64,000 bases of DNA, from contig NC_086109.1 of NCBI RefSeq assembly GCF_963921235.1, positions 28,832,001-28,896,000 of the forward strand, in the 5' to 3' direction. The stretch is from Mobula hypostoma (taxonomy: Eukaryota). The notes beneath the pieces were generated by a model. That model saw nothing but the letters and a program-made list of their open reading frames with translations. It searched no databases and was not told the origin of the DNA. Shown here piece after piece: positions 50,170 through 63,074 of the stretch; within the stretch, counting starts at the first letter, position 1; every line of letters begins with the position of its first letter. The position numbers and the translations under genes are program-made.

Positions 50170-50405
50170 TCTACTCTCTTCTTCCCAAACTGCTTATCAC
50201 CCAGCCCCACCTGATACTTGGATCCACATATTGCCTGCAAATTCTTGTTCCAGTCCTTTCCTCCACCTTCTAATTCCAGCTATGTCCTGCCTACCTTTCA
50301 GTCCGGATGAAGGGTCTTAACCCAATAAATCAACAGTCCATTTCCCTCCACAGATGCTTCTTGACCCATTGAGTTCTTCCAGTTTTCTGCGTGCTGCTCT
50401 AAGAC
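50170..50405 (+). mobile_element. Degenerate Penelope terminus
   Basis: cagtccggatgaagggtcttaaccc..cacagatgct..gagttcttccag. Confidence 0.65.
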
Positions 50406-50764
50406 AATTACTGACATCCACAACATCTTTATTTTTTTAGCACTACATTGTAAGGGGTAGCTCTTTGGATTGATAAACACCGCAATTACTGATTGACAGA
50501 ACATGTACGACAATGACGATGTTTGACGTGCTATGTGGCAAAAGACTCAACCTGGAGATCCCCTTGGTCTCACTTGGGCTTGGAGACAGAGGGCCTGTTT
50601 GCTTATGTCATGATGGTGCAAAGCATCTAATGTCAAAGTACTTGACGTTAATGCCTAGAACTTCATCAAATATTTCTCAGTATCGACTGAGGTCACACTT
50701 TTCTCCCAGTGTGTTAGTGGCAGTTTAATATAGTCCTGTTGTGCATACATTTGGTTAATGCATA

Positions 50765-51118
50765 TGATACCAGGTCCCACACCACCATGTTCAGTTATTA
50801 TTTTTCAATCATCAGGCTCCTGAACCAGTGTGGGTAACTTCACCCTCCTCAATACTAAACCGATTCCATAACTTCTGGACACACTCTCAAGGACTCTGAA
50901 ACTTATGTTCTTCTTTTTACTATTATTTGTTTTTTTTTGTATTTGCAGTTTGTCTTCTTTTGAACATTGGTGGTTTGTCCATCTTTGCTGGTGTATAGTT
51001 TTTTACTGATACTATTGTGTTTCTTTGAATCTACTGTGAATGCCTACAAGAAAATAAACTTCGGAGTAGTATATGGTGACACATATGTACTTTGATAATA
51101 AATTTATTTTGAACTTGG
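50765..51118 (+). mobile_element. Rex1/Babar-like 3' fragment
   Basis: cacaccaccatgttcag..atcaggctcctgaacc (TTRF..IRLLN), followed by a T-rich 3' UTR and AATAAA. Confidence 0.6.
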
Positions 51119-51369
51119 AATGCATAACAGAATGTCTCATGGTCATGTCATATTTGCTTTCTCCCATTATTTAACAAATATCCATACACGGGTATCTGTT
51201 AAGATATCAAGTAATGTTCTATTAGCTTCCAGAGTACATTTCTTAAGTGGCTCCCAACCAAGAGCGAGTGAACTATTTCCTTCTCAGATAAGAGTCATTG
51301 CTCATGCAGCTGTATCTGTTAAGTTCTAGACATTCAATACACACAGGCAACTTAAAGTCATGAAATTTG

Positions 51370-51670
51370 CTATAATCAGAAACAAGTTTAATATCACCAG
51401 CATATGTCGTGAAATTTGTTAACTTTACAGCAGCAGTACATTGCAATACATCATAATAGAGAAAATAAACTGTGGAATCAACAGTACCTCCTTCCTGATG
51501 GTAGCAATGAGAACAGGGCATGTCCTGGGTGGTGGGTGTCCTAAATGATGAATGCCGCCTTTTTGAGGCATCGCTCCTTGAAGATGTTCTGGTTACTATG
51601 GAGGCTAGTTCTCATGATGGAGCAGACTAATTTTACAACTCTCTGCAGCTTACTACAATCCTGTGCAGTA
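51370..51670 (-). mobile_element. Rex1/Babar 3' fragment with internal deletion
   Basis: Colinear with 16230-16690. Confidence 0.75.
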
Positions 51671-54034
51671 GTTTATTGTTTGAAAGAAAGCCTCTGGATT
51701 AGAAATTGTCTTGTATTTACAAATATGCACTAAAAAAGCAATGGGCAGAGCTTCCTTCAATTAAAAAAAGAGTGATTTTCTATTTTGCATGATATGCCAA
51801 TAGTTATATGAGTAAGTTCCATTCCTGCATCTGTAGCTTGTATTTGTGAGCAGTGATGGTTCATAATTGCAGGAGATCCATGAGATATATGAACTTACTA
51901 GAGAAAAATTGTTGTTCTATCCAGTGTGGCTGAATCAGGAAACTTCATGCTAGAAATGGAGTGAGCACTTAGTTGTCTAATATCATAATAGGCATCATAG
52001 CAGAGAAGCCTGACACTTCAGGAAAGGATTGGGGCAATTAGGACACACCACCACATGAAAGAATGTCTTTTCTACAAATTCTGTATATATCTGATCTACT
52101 TATTCATCAAAGAATGCATCAATATACTTTGGGACAGGGTCTCTCCCAGCATCATAGAGAAACACTTCCCTTTAATATTTCAGGTTTTCTTCCTAATTTC
52201 AAGTCAAGGTACACACTAATTTCACCTTTGTTATTACACACAAATTTAGTCATGTCACTGCTATACATTCTGCAGCCACCAGGTGTGGCCTTATCACGGC
52301 ACAGAAACGGCCAATCAAAATTCATATTATTCTGATTTAGAATCAATTTTGCACCAGAAATTAATTAATCATTCACACTTAAGGATTATATTTCCGGGCT
52401 AAAGTCTTTTTTTTTTAAGTAGGAATGAGGCAACTCTCTCTGACAGACAGATGCAGTTGACACACATTGAAGAAATCCTACTGAGAAATATAAAGAGTAT
52501 GAACTGCATTCTTTTTTAGAATAAAATCCCAGACACTAATTATGGATGAGAGGAAAGGTTAATTATTTAGTCTGACTATTCTTGTCACAGTGTCTTAGGT
52601 TGATTATGAAAGAAATTAAAAAATGAGCACAAAAGCATTACTGTTGGCTGCTGTAAATCAGAATTAGTGCATAATCTAATCTCAGAGAGCCTTTCCCATT
52701 ATGCAAAAATAAAACTTCACGAAGCTTCTGACTCTGATAGAAACAGATTTTTTTTCAAGTCCAACTGTTGATCACTGTTATTGTTTACATGAACTACTGT
52801 GTTCATAAAAAAGAGAATATTGAAATTTTGAATTAAGATATTAAATTATCAATGGATTTGTAGCTGGAGGTTTTTTCTTTATTTTTAGCTTGGACCTTAG
52901 TTTTGCTACTTCAAATTACAATCCTTTGTTCAGTGTTTTGACTATGCAATACAATGTCAATTGAAATACAAACGTAATTTTAATATCTCAATACCTTCTG
53001 TCATAACTTCCATTTCTTTTTGCTGTTGATTTTTATTATATTCTTTTGTTCAGTTGGCCTAGTCTTCATTGTTCTTAATTCTTCATGAAAAGATAAAAGT
53101 AGTTTTTAAATGGAGTTGATTCCTGAAGTCTTCTCTGACATCCAGTGGCATATGGGTAACCTTCTTCATCAGCTCCACTTTCTCAGTCTATTCCCTGATC
53201 CTATACTTATATCTACCATTCTCATGTACTCAACAACTGAGGATCCACTGAGAGTTGGAAAGCTGCAAAAAAACCACAAAGCTCTGGATGAAAACATTTT
53301 CCACAGCTTGACATACTGTATCTTCATCTAATGACTAGACACTTAAGAGTTTAGAATTCCAGGAAAATTCTTCCCTTTCGCACAAATGTGGTGTACCTTT
53401 ATGCTTCAATTTGTTATGTTTCAAGTTGTTTCTGTGTTATTCTGCTCCATTTCCCATTTTTAAAGTAATTGCTACCTGGTCAATTTAGACTGCACCCTGT
53501 AGCAGACGTTCTCTCTTTGTTTCCATTCTCCTCATAGTTTACCAGTTCTGATGAAGGGTCCTTGATCCAGAACTTTGGCTTTGAGTCTTGCCTTGTTGAT
53601 ACTACCCAATCTGTAGTTATTCCAGCATTCTCTGTATGCATTAACTCTTCCTTTGGTTTTAAATATTTTTTCCAGTGCTTTGATTTTGCTTTGAATTATT
53701 GTTTTGGTCCTACCCAAGTTTACTGGCTTAAATTAGAAGCATTGCAGCTAAATCGTAAACTTCAAAAAAGTCCTGTTGGTATATAAAGTTGACCTTACTG
53801 GGCAAATAAGAAATGATGTGGCAGCTTCTTGGTTATTGGATCCGTGCTTACATCAATAACTGAGACAACGAAAAAAGTCTAAGGGTCTTTAATAATTATT
53901 CTTCTATTATTTAGCTGAATACGTATTTCATCTGTATCAGTCTAGTGCCTTCACCTTTTGCTTGTCCTCCCCATCAGCATAACTAACACGATGCTATGGT
54001 AGAAATCAAGTTACAGGCCTCACTGCAAAGCATG

Positions 54035-54178
54035 AAAGTGTCAACGTTTAAGGACGAGGCCTTTCAGCAGCCCAGGTTGTTATTCCTTTCCATGGATGCT
54101 GCCTGATCTACTGAATTCCTCCAGCATTTTGTGTGTGTTACTCTAGATTTCCAGCATCTGCAGAATCTCTTGTGCTTA
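54035..54178. mobile_element. Partial fold-back Penelope mini-element
   Basis: Minus-strand decayed hammerhead joined to a plus-strand terminus (atggatgctgcctgatctactgaattcctccagc..ttccagcatctgcagaatctc). Confidence 0.65.
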
Positions 54179-54499
54179 TAGGCCTCACTGCTGTAAGTAA
54201 CCCATGCAGTGGAACCATCGGCATCTGGCAGCTTGGCCTCAGGTGGCAGATCCTGAGATCCAGCCCCTGCGCAGACCTGATTGCTTTTCACAGCTCATTC
54301 CTGTCAAAGGTCACTCCAATTGCTTTTAGATGTCTTGATAAATATTTTTAAAATATTTATAAAGAAAAAAAGATAGATCTATTATTTGAAACATCTGAAT
54401 GCAATAAATGAGTTATAAACACCAGTACGAATTCAAATTAATTTTAAAAAAACAGAACACTGATCTGCAGTTACTTTTACAGTCCAGGTCAGTGACATT

Positions 54500-55592
54500 A
54501 CGTCAAGATGTTGTTTATTGATTACAGCTCAGTCTTTAACATCATCACCCCCTGAGTACTAATCAATAAGCTTCAAAACCTGGTTCTCTGTACCGCCGCC
54601 TCCAACTGGATCCTTAACTTCCACGTTGGGAGATCACACCAGGGATCAGAATTAACTTCTCCTCACTGACAATCAATGCAGGTGCACCTCAAGGATGTGC
54701 ACTTAGCCCACTTCTCTGTTCTCTCTACGCTCATGACCGTGTGGCTAGGCACAGTTCAAACACGATCTGTAAACTTGCTGATGACACAAGTTGGAAAAAT
54801 GTCCGATGGCAATGAAGCATACAGGCTTGATCTATATCAGCTGGTAGAGTGTCCAAACAACAACTTGCATTCACTGTCAGTAAGACCAAGAAATCTATTG
54901 TGGACTTCAAGAAGGGGAGTCAGGGGAACACACACACCCGTCCCTATTGAGGAGTCAGGAGAAGAAAGAGGGATCAGCTTCAAGCTTCTGGGCATCAACA
55001 CCTCAGAGGATCTATCCTGGGCCCAACATGTTGATGCAATCACGAATAAGGCACACTGATGGGTGTATTTAATTAGGAGTTTGAGAGTTTTAGGAGATTT
55101 GTTAGGGCAACAAAGACTGTAGCAAATTTCCACTGATTTACTGAGGAGGACAATCAAACTGGTTGCATCACCGTCTGGTATGGAGACTCCAAAACACAGG
55201 AAAGAAAAGAGCTGCAGAGGGTTGTGGACTCAGCAAACCCCACATGGAGGACATCTTCGAAATGCAGAGCCTTTAAAAGGTGGCATCCATCATTAAGGAC
55301 CCTCACCATCTAAGACATGTCCCCTTCTCATTATTACCATCTGGGAGGAGATACAGGAGCCCGAAGCTGCACACTCAATGTTTTAAGAATAGCTTCTTCT
55401 ATTCCGCTGTCAGATTTCTGACCAGTCCATGAATTCATAAACAGTACCTTGCTATTTTGGTCTCTTTTTGCAATGTCAGTCCATCTATTTATATATGTTA
55501 TTGTAACCTATAGAAATATTTTTATGCACTGCTGCCACAAAACAATAAATTTTACAACATATGTCAGTGATAATAACCCTAATTCTGATTCA
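54500..55592 (+). mobile_element. Old Rex1/Babar LINE (RT to 3' end)
   Basis: FIDYSSVFNII, GAPQGCALSPLL, SFKLLGINTSEDLSWAQHVD, LPSGRRY remnants. Confidence 0.85.
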
Positions 55593-56776
55593 AGTACTCT
55601 TCATGGTAATGGGGCTCAGACCAGTGTAAATCTAAAGAAATGGATTCAAAATGTATTTGACCTCCCTGCTCGGCAGGACTGAGCTCTCTAAATAACTACA
55701 AACTGAAGAAGATTGCAATGTGGGCCACTAATTCTCTTTCCTCAGAGCTCTTCTCTTCAGCTTACATCTCTCTCGTCCTCTTACTGTGATTACTTCACAC
55801 CCGCTCTCACTGTGCAGAAAGTAATATTTTGTTGAACTGCCTCTGAAAGTAACTGTGCAGTACCAAAGAACTAATTGTGCATTACACTTGTTTGTGTGCG
55901 CTGCGATTGTAAGACATCAGGTGACAGATTTATTTGATCCCTGTTCTAGTACTGCAGGCAGAATAGAGTCATTAGAGATTAATATCAGTGTACCCTCTGG
56001 CGATATGGAACAGTGCCCATTGACTTTGCATTATGTATAACCATCGATGTACAGTCTTTGTTAAATGGCAGAATACTTTGTTCAATCCAGTTATGCATCA
56101 AAATTGTGACAGTTATTGGTACTAATCGTGCACCTGAGTAATGTCTAGTTTTGTCTTTTGTAGGGGGCCTTGGAGGTATCTGCTTCCATTTTAACCAACT
56201 GCAGCAAACTATCTGTTTTTAAATGACCCAAAATTAAACCACATTCACGCTTCAAAATTGGATTGCACTGTACTTGGCCTTTCAAATACTAATCATGCAA
56301 TGTTCAATCTTATCTGAAGCATTTTGTGCATGTAATAATTCCAAGGGAAATTTGTACCAGTTTCGGGACGCTGGAGCAGAGATCCAATCGCAGACCCAGT
56401 ACTGTGCACACAGTGCTGATAACTGAGTAACAAATCCCGAGGTGCAAACAAAGTCGCCATCAATGTTCAGGCAGAGATTAAAACATCCAGAGAAATCCAA
56501 AATCGGGAAACAGGCAGAGTCAATATTCAGACAGACAGAGTACAGATACGAATGATGGAAAGGCTCAGGAAAATTCACTGGCACAATCTGACAACAAACA
56601 GGTGAAAACACAGGACTAAAATACACTGAGCAATAAACAGAGAGGCAGCTGATAGGTGGAGCAGAATGAGACAGAAGTGGCAGCAAAACAGGTACAGGTT
56701 TCCCCCGCCATCCGAAGGTTGAGCATTCCTATGAAATGGTTCGTAAGCCTGAATGTCGTAAAATGAAGAAGCAATT

Positions 56777-57090
56777 TAAAAGGCATCCGTTAGTCTTGCG
56801 AGACCATGGATCTGCACCTGGAAAGTCTTCACTCTCCAGGGTGCAGGCCTGGGCAAGGTTGTATGGAAGACCTGCAGCTGTCCGTGCTGCAAGTCTCCCC
56901 TCTCCATGACACCAATGTTGTCCAAGAGAAGGGCATTCGGACCATACAGCTTGGCACCAGTGTCATCGCAGAGCAATGTGTGATTAAGTGCCTTGCTCAA
57001 GGACACAACACATTCCCTCAGCTGGGGCTTGAACTCACCACCTTCAGGTCGCTTGTCCAATGCCTTAACCACTTGGCCACATGCCCACAC
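56777..57090 (-). mobile_element. tRNA/CORE-like SINE, second copy of the 6140 family
   Basis: Colinear with 6157-6460; A box TGGCCAAGTGG, B box AGTTCAAGCC. Confidence 0.85.
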
Positions 57091-57482
57091 ATTTATTTAT
57101 ATGGGCAAAATTCGTGAGCGTTCGCAGACCCAAAAAATAACCTACCAAATCATGCCAAATAACAAATAAAACCTAAAATAACAGTAACATACAGTAAAAG
57201 CAGGAATGATATGATATACCTATATAAAGTAGAAATACTTTTCTACAATCATTGCCGAACTGTCCACCGTAGCGAAAATCTCACGCAAGTGCTGTTGGCA
57301 GAAACACTCTCTCCAGTAACCTTTAAGCTATGAAGCTGCCAAATAACACATAAAAATACACAGCCTATATAAAGTAGAAATTATGTATGTACAGTGTAGT
57401 ATCACTTACCGGAATTGGGAAGACAGCGCCGAGCACACTGATGATGGTGTGTTAGGCTGAGTCATCGGAGGTTGGGGTGGTG

Positions 57483-57814
57483 CAGTGGTCTCCAACTTCC
57501 AGGCCGCCGACCAATACCAATCTGTGAAGAATGCAGTGGTACAACGGTAGCCAGGACGCACCCAGCACATCTTTAAGAAAAAAGCTGAAATAAACAAGCT
57601 AATTAATTAGGTGCCGCCTGGCACATAAATGTCGGCACAGATCAGAGGTGACGCAATTGGCAATCGCCTCTGATCTGGGCCGACATTTACATGTCGGGCG
57701 GCACCTAATTAATTAGCTTGCTTATTTCTGCTTTTCTCTTAAAGATGTGTTGGGTGCATCCCAGCTACTGCTGCATTCTCCGTGGCAATGTATCAGTCTG
57801 CGGCCCAAGGGTTG
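57483..57814. mobile_element. hAT-like fold-back MITE inside the Tigger
   Basis: Long inverted repeat centred near 57657 (aagctaattaattaggtgccgcc / ggcggcacctaattaattagctt). Starts cagtggtctccaac. Flanked by direct repeat ggttggggtggtg. Confidence 0.75.
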
Positions 57815-58399
57815 GGGTGGTGGGACACTGGGGTGTCATCTCATCATCGTCTGTTTCCATCAGGGCAGGCAAGTCATCTTCTTCTATATCTGTCTGCCTT
57901 GATGTCAAAGGTCGAGGTTCGTCGTCTGCTGTGGAAGGCTTGAAAAATGACAGTATGCTTGATTGCTTAGCCTCGTGCATTTTTCTATCATACAGTTCTT
58001 TGTAAACATTCAAACCATCTTGCAAATATACCCTAAACCTACGTACCCTTTCAAAATTAAAGTTGCACTTTATCATTGCAGCGAAAATCTCACGCAGTTG
58101 CTTCACGTTCAGTTCTTGGGCAACTTCACTTTTGGTCCGTTCACTACTGCATTTGGTTTTGATTGTTATCATTTCCTCTTCCAATTGCATCAGCTCTTCA
58201 TCTATCAGTTCTTGGTCATGGGATGTCAAAACCTCTTCAACATCATCTTCGTCAACTTTCACAAGCCAAACTCACTTTGTCCTTACTTAGTTCACAATAA
58301 TCGAAATGCTTAATTGTCTAGTTTTACACTAAGTGTAACACCGTTACAAGCTCTTTTAGGCATTTCCCATACCTTAGAACCGATCTTGCTAACGGCTGC

Positions 58400-59254
58400 T
58401 GTGACAAGAATACACATAGATTAAGATGTAGCTGTCCTGTGCTGGCACCGGTGGGATCAGCAGTTGGTCTGCCACCTGTCTTCAGGAGAGAGAGAGATAA
58501 GGAAAACAATGGAGCAGCATTTGGAGATGTGTAATGAAGGGGAGGGAGAGCTGTCCAGAGCGGCTCCCCCTTTGAACCCTGAACTGTTTGAAGTGATGGA
58601 CAGGCGATACCCCAGCAGGGGGATAAAAAGGGACAGATTCGCTAAGGCGACACACACAACACCCGAGGTAACAAGACCCTGGAAGCGGTGCGTCTCTCAC
58701 AAGTCGGTGGGAAGTACCGGGCCATAAAGGCACAGGATGGAAAGGCACGATCGGCGGGAACCTGATGTGTGTCCACTCTTGCCTGGGTGCCGGGTTCACC
58801 GCAGAGAAACGATCGTATCTGGAAACGGAGGGGTCACGGTCGGTGACCTCAGATGACATCACAAAGGACTCGCCCGACAGCTGACTGCGAAGGTCTGTGT
58901 GGAAGCCGTCTGAATATTCATTCGTTTTGCTCTCTCTCCCCCGCCCCCCCCCCCACTGTCCATCGCCACGGCAACGATTACTGCGAACTGAACTGAACTA
59001 AATTGAACTGAACTTTGCGTCATTTTGAAACTGGTCATTTACCCCTAGACAATGATAGAGCTCGATTGATCCTGTTATCTTAATTCTGTGTACATGTATG
59101 TTTATCATTGCTGAACTGTTGCATTTATTATCCTTTTGATTAGAGTACTGTGTTGCTTGTTTCTTTAATAAAACTTTCTTAGTTCTAGTAATCCAGACTC
59201 CAACTGAGTGATTATTTCTGCTGGTTTGGCAACCCAGTTATGGGGTACGTAACA
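58400..59254 (+). mobile_element. Solo LTR (855 bp) inside the Tigger
   Basis: tgtgac..gtaaca ends, perfect 4-bp TSD ctgc, gataaaa near 58623, AATAAA near 59167, (aactg)n repeat. Confidence 0.88.
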
Positions 59255-59659
59255 CTGCTCACAGGCACGTGTTTAAGCAATGCTGGCTAGAATGCAGTTC
59301 CGCGAGAGGAGCTTGGCTGCTCGGGGCGCGCTGCCTTTTTTTGTAACAGTGAAAACACCCTCTGTTAGTGAAACCAGATAACTAACGTAAGTCTTTCGTA
59401 ACAGCAGGGTTTCGTAAAGCGAACGTTCGAAAAGCGGGGTATACCTGTAATAATGAGAAACAGGTGAGAGGCAGAGTACTCAATAATACAAGAGCCGGAG
59501 TAGAGCAGGAGTGGAGACAGGAGCACATGGGGCATGAAAACAAACAAGAGCACATGGCAATACAAAACCACAGTCTGACAGCTAGGGGGAAAACACACAA
59601 AAAGACAAAGTTCAACTGGAGGTACTGACAGTACCCTCCCCCCCCCCCCCCGACTATGG

Positions 59660-62090
59660 ATGCCTCCTGGCATCACGGCAGGGAAGTCTCTGATGAGAGA
59701 GGGGTCCAGGATGTTGCGGTCCAGACCTAGCATCTCTCCTCAGGACCGTAGCCCTCCCAGTCCACAAGGTACTGGAGGCCATGGCCCTGACGACGAACGT
59801 CTAGCAGTTGATGCACCATGAAGGCCTCTGCCCCATCGATGAGCTGTGGAAGTGGGGAGGGTTTGGGGACAGGACACTGGGGTGGCTCATGAAAGGCCTG
59901 ATGCGGGACACATGGAAGATGGGATAAATGCAGCGGAGAGTGGAGGGGAGCTTAAGATAGATGGCAGCAAGGCTGATGACTTTAGCAATGGGAAAACAGC
60001 TGATGAAGTGGGAGGGCGAGCTTGTGGGAATCCACCTTGAGGAGCAGGTCTCGGGTTGAAAGCCACACACGCTGTCCCTGGCGGTAATATGGGCCTTGGA
60101 GCGATGGCGGTCAGCTTGACGCTTGATCCTAGCAGAGGCATGGAGAAGTGCAGAGCGAGTGCGCCTCCACGTCCGCTGACAACAGAAGATGAATGCCTCA
60201 GCAGATAGAATGCCAACCTCCTCCTCCTGGGCAGGAAACAGTGGAGGTTGGTAGCCAAGGCAGCACTCGAAGGGGGACAACTGGTGGATGAGGACGGATG
60301 AGAGTTTATGGCTAACTCGGCCCAGGGTAGCTGCTGGCTCCACACAGGTGGGAGACCAGACACTGCAATACTGTCCCTTGCTGTTGGTTGGCCAGCTTGG
60401 TCTGGCCATTGGTCTGTAGGTGGAATCCTGAAGACAGACTCAGACACCCAGAAGATTACAGAATGCCCTCCAGAAGTTGGATGTGAATTGAGAGCCCCTG
60501 TCTGACACAACAGCTGCAGGTAAACCATGTAATTTAAAAACATGCAGTACCAGTATCCGGCTGTTTCTTTGGCCGAGAGGAGTTTAGGTAAAGAAATGAA
60601 GTGTACAGACTTGGAGAAACTATCAACTACTGTGAGAATGGTGGTGTTACCATCTGATGGGGGAAGACTGGTGACAAAATGTGGGACCAGGGTCTCTTGG
60701 GAATAGACAGGGGTTGTAACAGACCAGCAGGTGACCAGTTAGATTTCTTCACTAGAGCACAGACAGAGCAGGCTGAGACGAAGTTGCAGATGTCATTTCC
60801 CATGGAAGGCCAGCAGAACCGCTGATTGATGAAGGCCTGAGTACACTTGGTTCCAGGGTGACAGGAAAACCAGGAAGAATGACCCCAATGCAATACCTGT
60901 GAGCGGACAGAGCTGGGAACCTCACATTTCTCAGCCTTCACAAAGAGCTAGTTCTCCAGAAGGCACTGGAGAACTCTGCGGACGTGACCTGTGTGTTCAG
61001 CAAGGGACTTAGAAAAACAATCAAAATGTCGAGATACACAAAAACAAGTTGGTTCAACATACCCCTGAGAACGTCATTTACCAGGGCTTGGAAGACGGGG
61101 GGGCATAGGTGAAACCGAATGGCATGACCAGATACTCGTAATGGCTTGAGGTGGTGTTCAAGGTCGTCTTCCACTCGTCCCCTTTGCGAATGCGGACAAG
61201 CTGGTAGACATCACATAGATCAAGCTTGGTGAAAACTGAGGCTCCTTGCAGTAGTTCAAATGACGAGGTCATGAGCAGAAGAGGGTAACTGTTCTTAACA
61301 GTGGCTTCATTCAGTCCCCAGTAATCAATGCATGGATGTAAGGAGCCGTCCTTCTTTTCAAAAAAACCAGCACCAGCATGGAGGAAGACGGCAGATGATG
61401 CCTGCAGCCAGAGACTTGTGAATGCACTTACTCATGGCTTCTGTTTCAGGTTATGGACCGGGGATACAGGCAGCCCCTTGGGGGAGATGTGCCAGGCAAG
61501 AGGTCAATGACGCAATCATATGGACGATGAGGCGGTAGGGAAGTGGTCCAGTACTTGCTGAACACAGCCTTGAGGTCCATGTATTCAGGAGGGATGGCAC
61601 TAAGGTCCAGAAGTTCCTCAGGGGGAATCTGAGCATGGCAGAGGCAGCGGGAGTGACAGGATGGGCTCCAGCCTACAATCTTGTGACTGAGCCGGTTAAT
61701 GTGGGGGTTATGTCTGACTAACCAGGGATGGCCCAGGACAATGGGAGCTTGAGGAGAGTCAATAACATAAAGGGTTAACTGTTCATGATGGTTGCCAGAT
61801 AAACTGAGACTCACCAGGGCCGTGACACGGGTGATGTTAGCCAGTCTTTTACTGTTCAAGGCATTGGTCACCAATGGTGACTGGAGAGCAGACGTGGAAA
61901 ATCCCCACTGGGCAGGCAAGCCAGTATTGATAAAACACCCCATCCACAACAGAATCGACCAAGACGTAGACTGTTTGCTGTTGGACGCCACACTCCAGGG
62001 AAGCAGGTATGAGAGTGAGTGGCGTCAAGGAGGGCCAGACAGGGGTCATGCCCACCAGTACTCCTTGTCCTACTGGTGAGCGTTTGACTT
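59660..62090 (-). pseudogene. pol: Gypsy pol remnants (PR-RT-[RNase H deleted]-IN-chromodomain)
   Basis: [81 protein letters not shown]. Confidence 0.9.
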
Positions 62091-62225
62091 TTACTGGGCA
62101 GGTGGAGATAAAGTGGTCTGGTTGGCCACAGTACAGACAGGAGCAGGTGCTGATTCTCCTTTGTCTTTCAGTCGGCAACAGGCGGGCATAGTCAACCTTC
62201 ATAGCTTCAGTCTCTGGAACAGGAA

Positions 62226-63074
62226 TTATAGATAGGGGCAAATGGCGTGGAAATGTAGGCTGACAAGGAGCTTGGAACTCACCCAGTGCCCCCAGGGACC
62301 CTCTGGAACCCCTCCGGAACCCCTCCCTCTGCAGTGCTGCTGAAGGCGAACATCAATATGGATGGCCAAATCCACCAGGGCTTCAAAGGTGGCAGGAAGG
62401 TCCTGGGTGACCAGCTCAACTTTGATGTCTTCGGAGAGACCATTCAGGAAGGTGTCGTACTGTGCCTCCGAGTTCCAGCCGCTGGAGGTGGCTAGGGTCC
62501 GGAACTCTATGGCATAATCCAACACAGATTTGCGCCCCTGGTGTATGTGCAGCATTTCACGGGCAACCTCTCTCCCATATTTGGAGCAATCAAACACTTT
62601 TCTCATCTCCTCAGAAAATAACTGAGAACTACTGCAGAAAGGGGAGCATGCCTCCCAGACAGCTGTTCCCCATTCTCTCGCCCGACCGGACACTTGGGTG
62701 ATGATGTAGGCTACCTTGGCTTGATCAGTCAGAAATGTTGTTGGTTGCAATTCAGAAATGAGGGTGCACTGGGAAAGAAAAGAGCTGCAGGTACCAGGCT
62801 CACCTGAGTACTTTTCTGGAGAAGTAAGACAGGGCTCGTGGATGGGAGGAGCATGCGAGGCCACAGACGGCGGGGCGGAAAATGCAGTCGCAGAATGTTG
62901 ATGGGCGCTCTGGGATAGCTGGAGTGACTGAGTCTGGGCCACAAGGTTGGCTACATTGGCAGAAAGTGACTCCACTGCCCTGAACATGGAGTCCAGCTGG
63001 TTCTGATGTCTTCCCAGCAACATTTCCTGTTGTTCCAGGGCAGCTCTCAGACGACCAGGGTGTGCTAGATCCAT
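62226..63074 (-). pseudogene. gag: Gypsy gag (sushi/PEG10-like capsid), frameshifted at the 3' end
   Basis: PEKYSGEPGTCSSFLSQC..KVAYIITQVSGRAREW..QGRKSVLDYAIEFRTLATSSGWN..FLNGLSEDIK. The knuckle CLYCGQPDHFISTC is in ORF 61849..62241. Confidence 0.9.

Larger units (their letters stand above)
56695..59447 (-). mobile_element. Tigger/pogo-family DNA transposon derivative inserted in the Gypsy 3' LTR
   Basis: TA-caggtttcccccgccatccgaa ... ttcgaaaagcggggtatacctg-TA; the empty site caaaataggtaataatgag is in the 5' LTR. ORF 57765..58262 VDEDDVEEVLTSHDQELIDEELMQLEE..KQSSILSFFK is a Tigger-type C-terminus. Confidence 0.9.

Noticed and set aside
57765..58262. TIGD-like host gene
   Set aside because: Only the acidic C-terminal fragment, inside TIR- and TA-bounded Tigger DNA, and read through into a MITE.
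62226..63074. PEG10/RTL-like gag as a domesticated host gene
   Set aside because: It lies inside an LTR- and TSD-bounded element, is frameshifted, and its pol is decayed.
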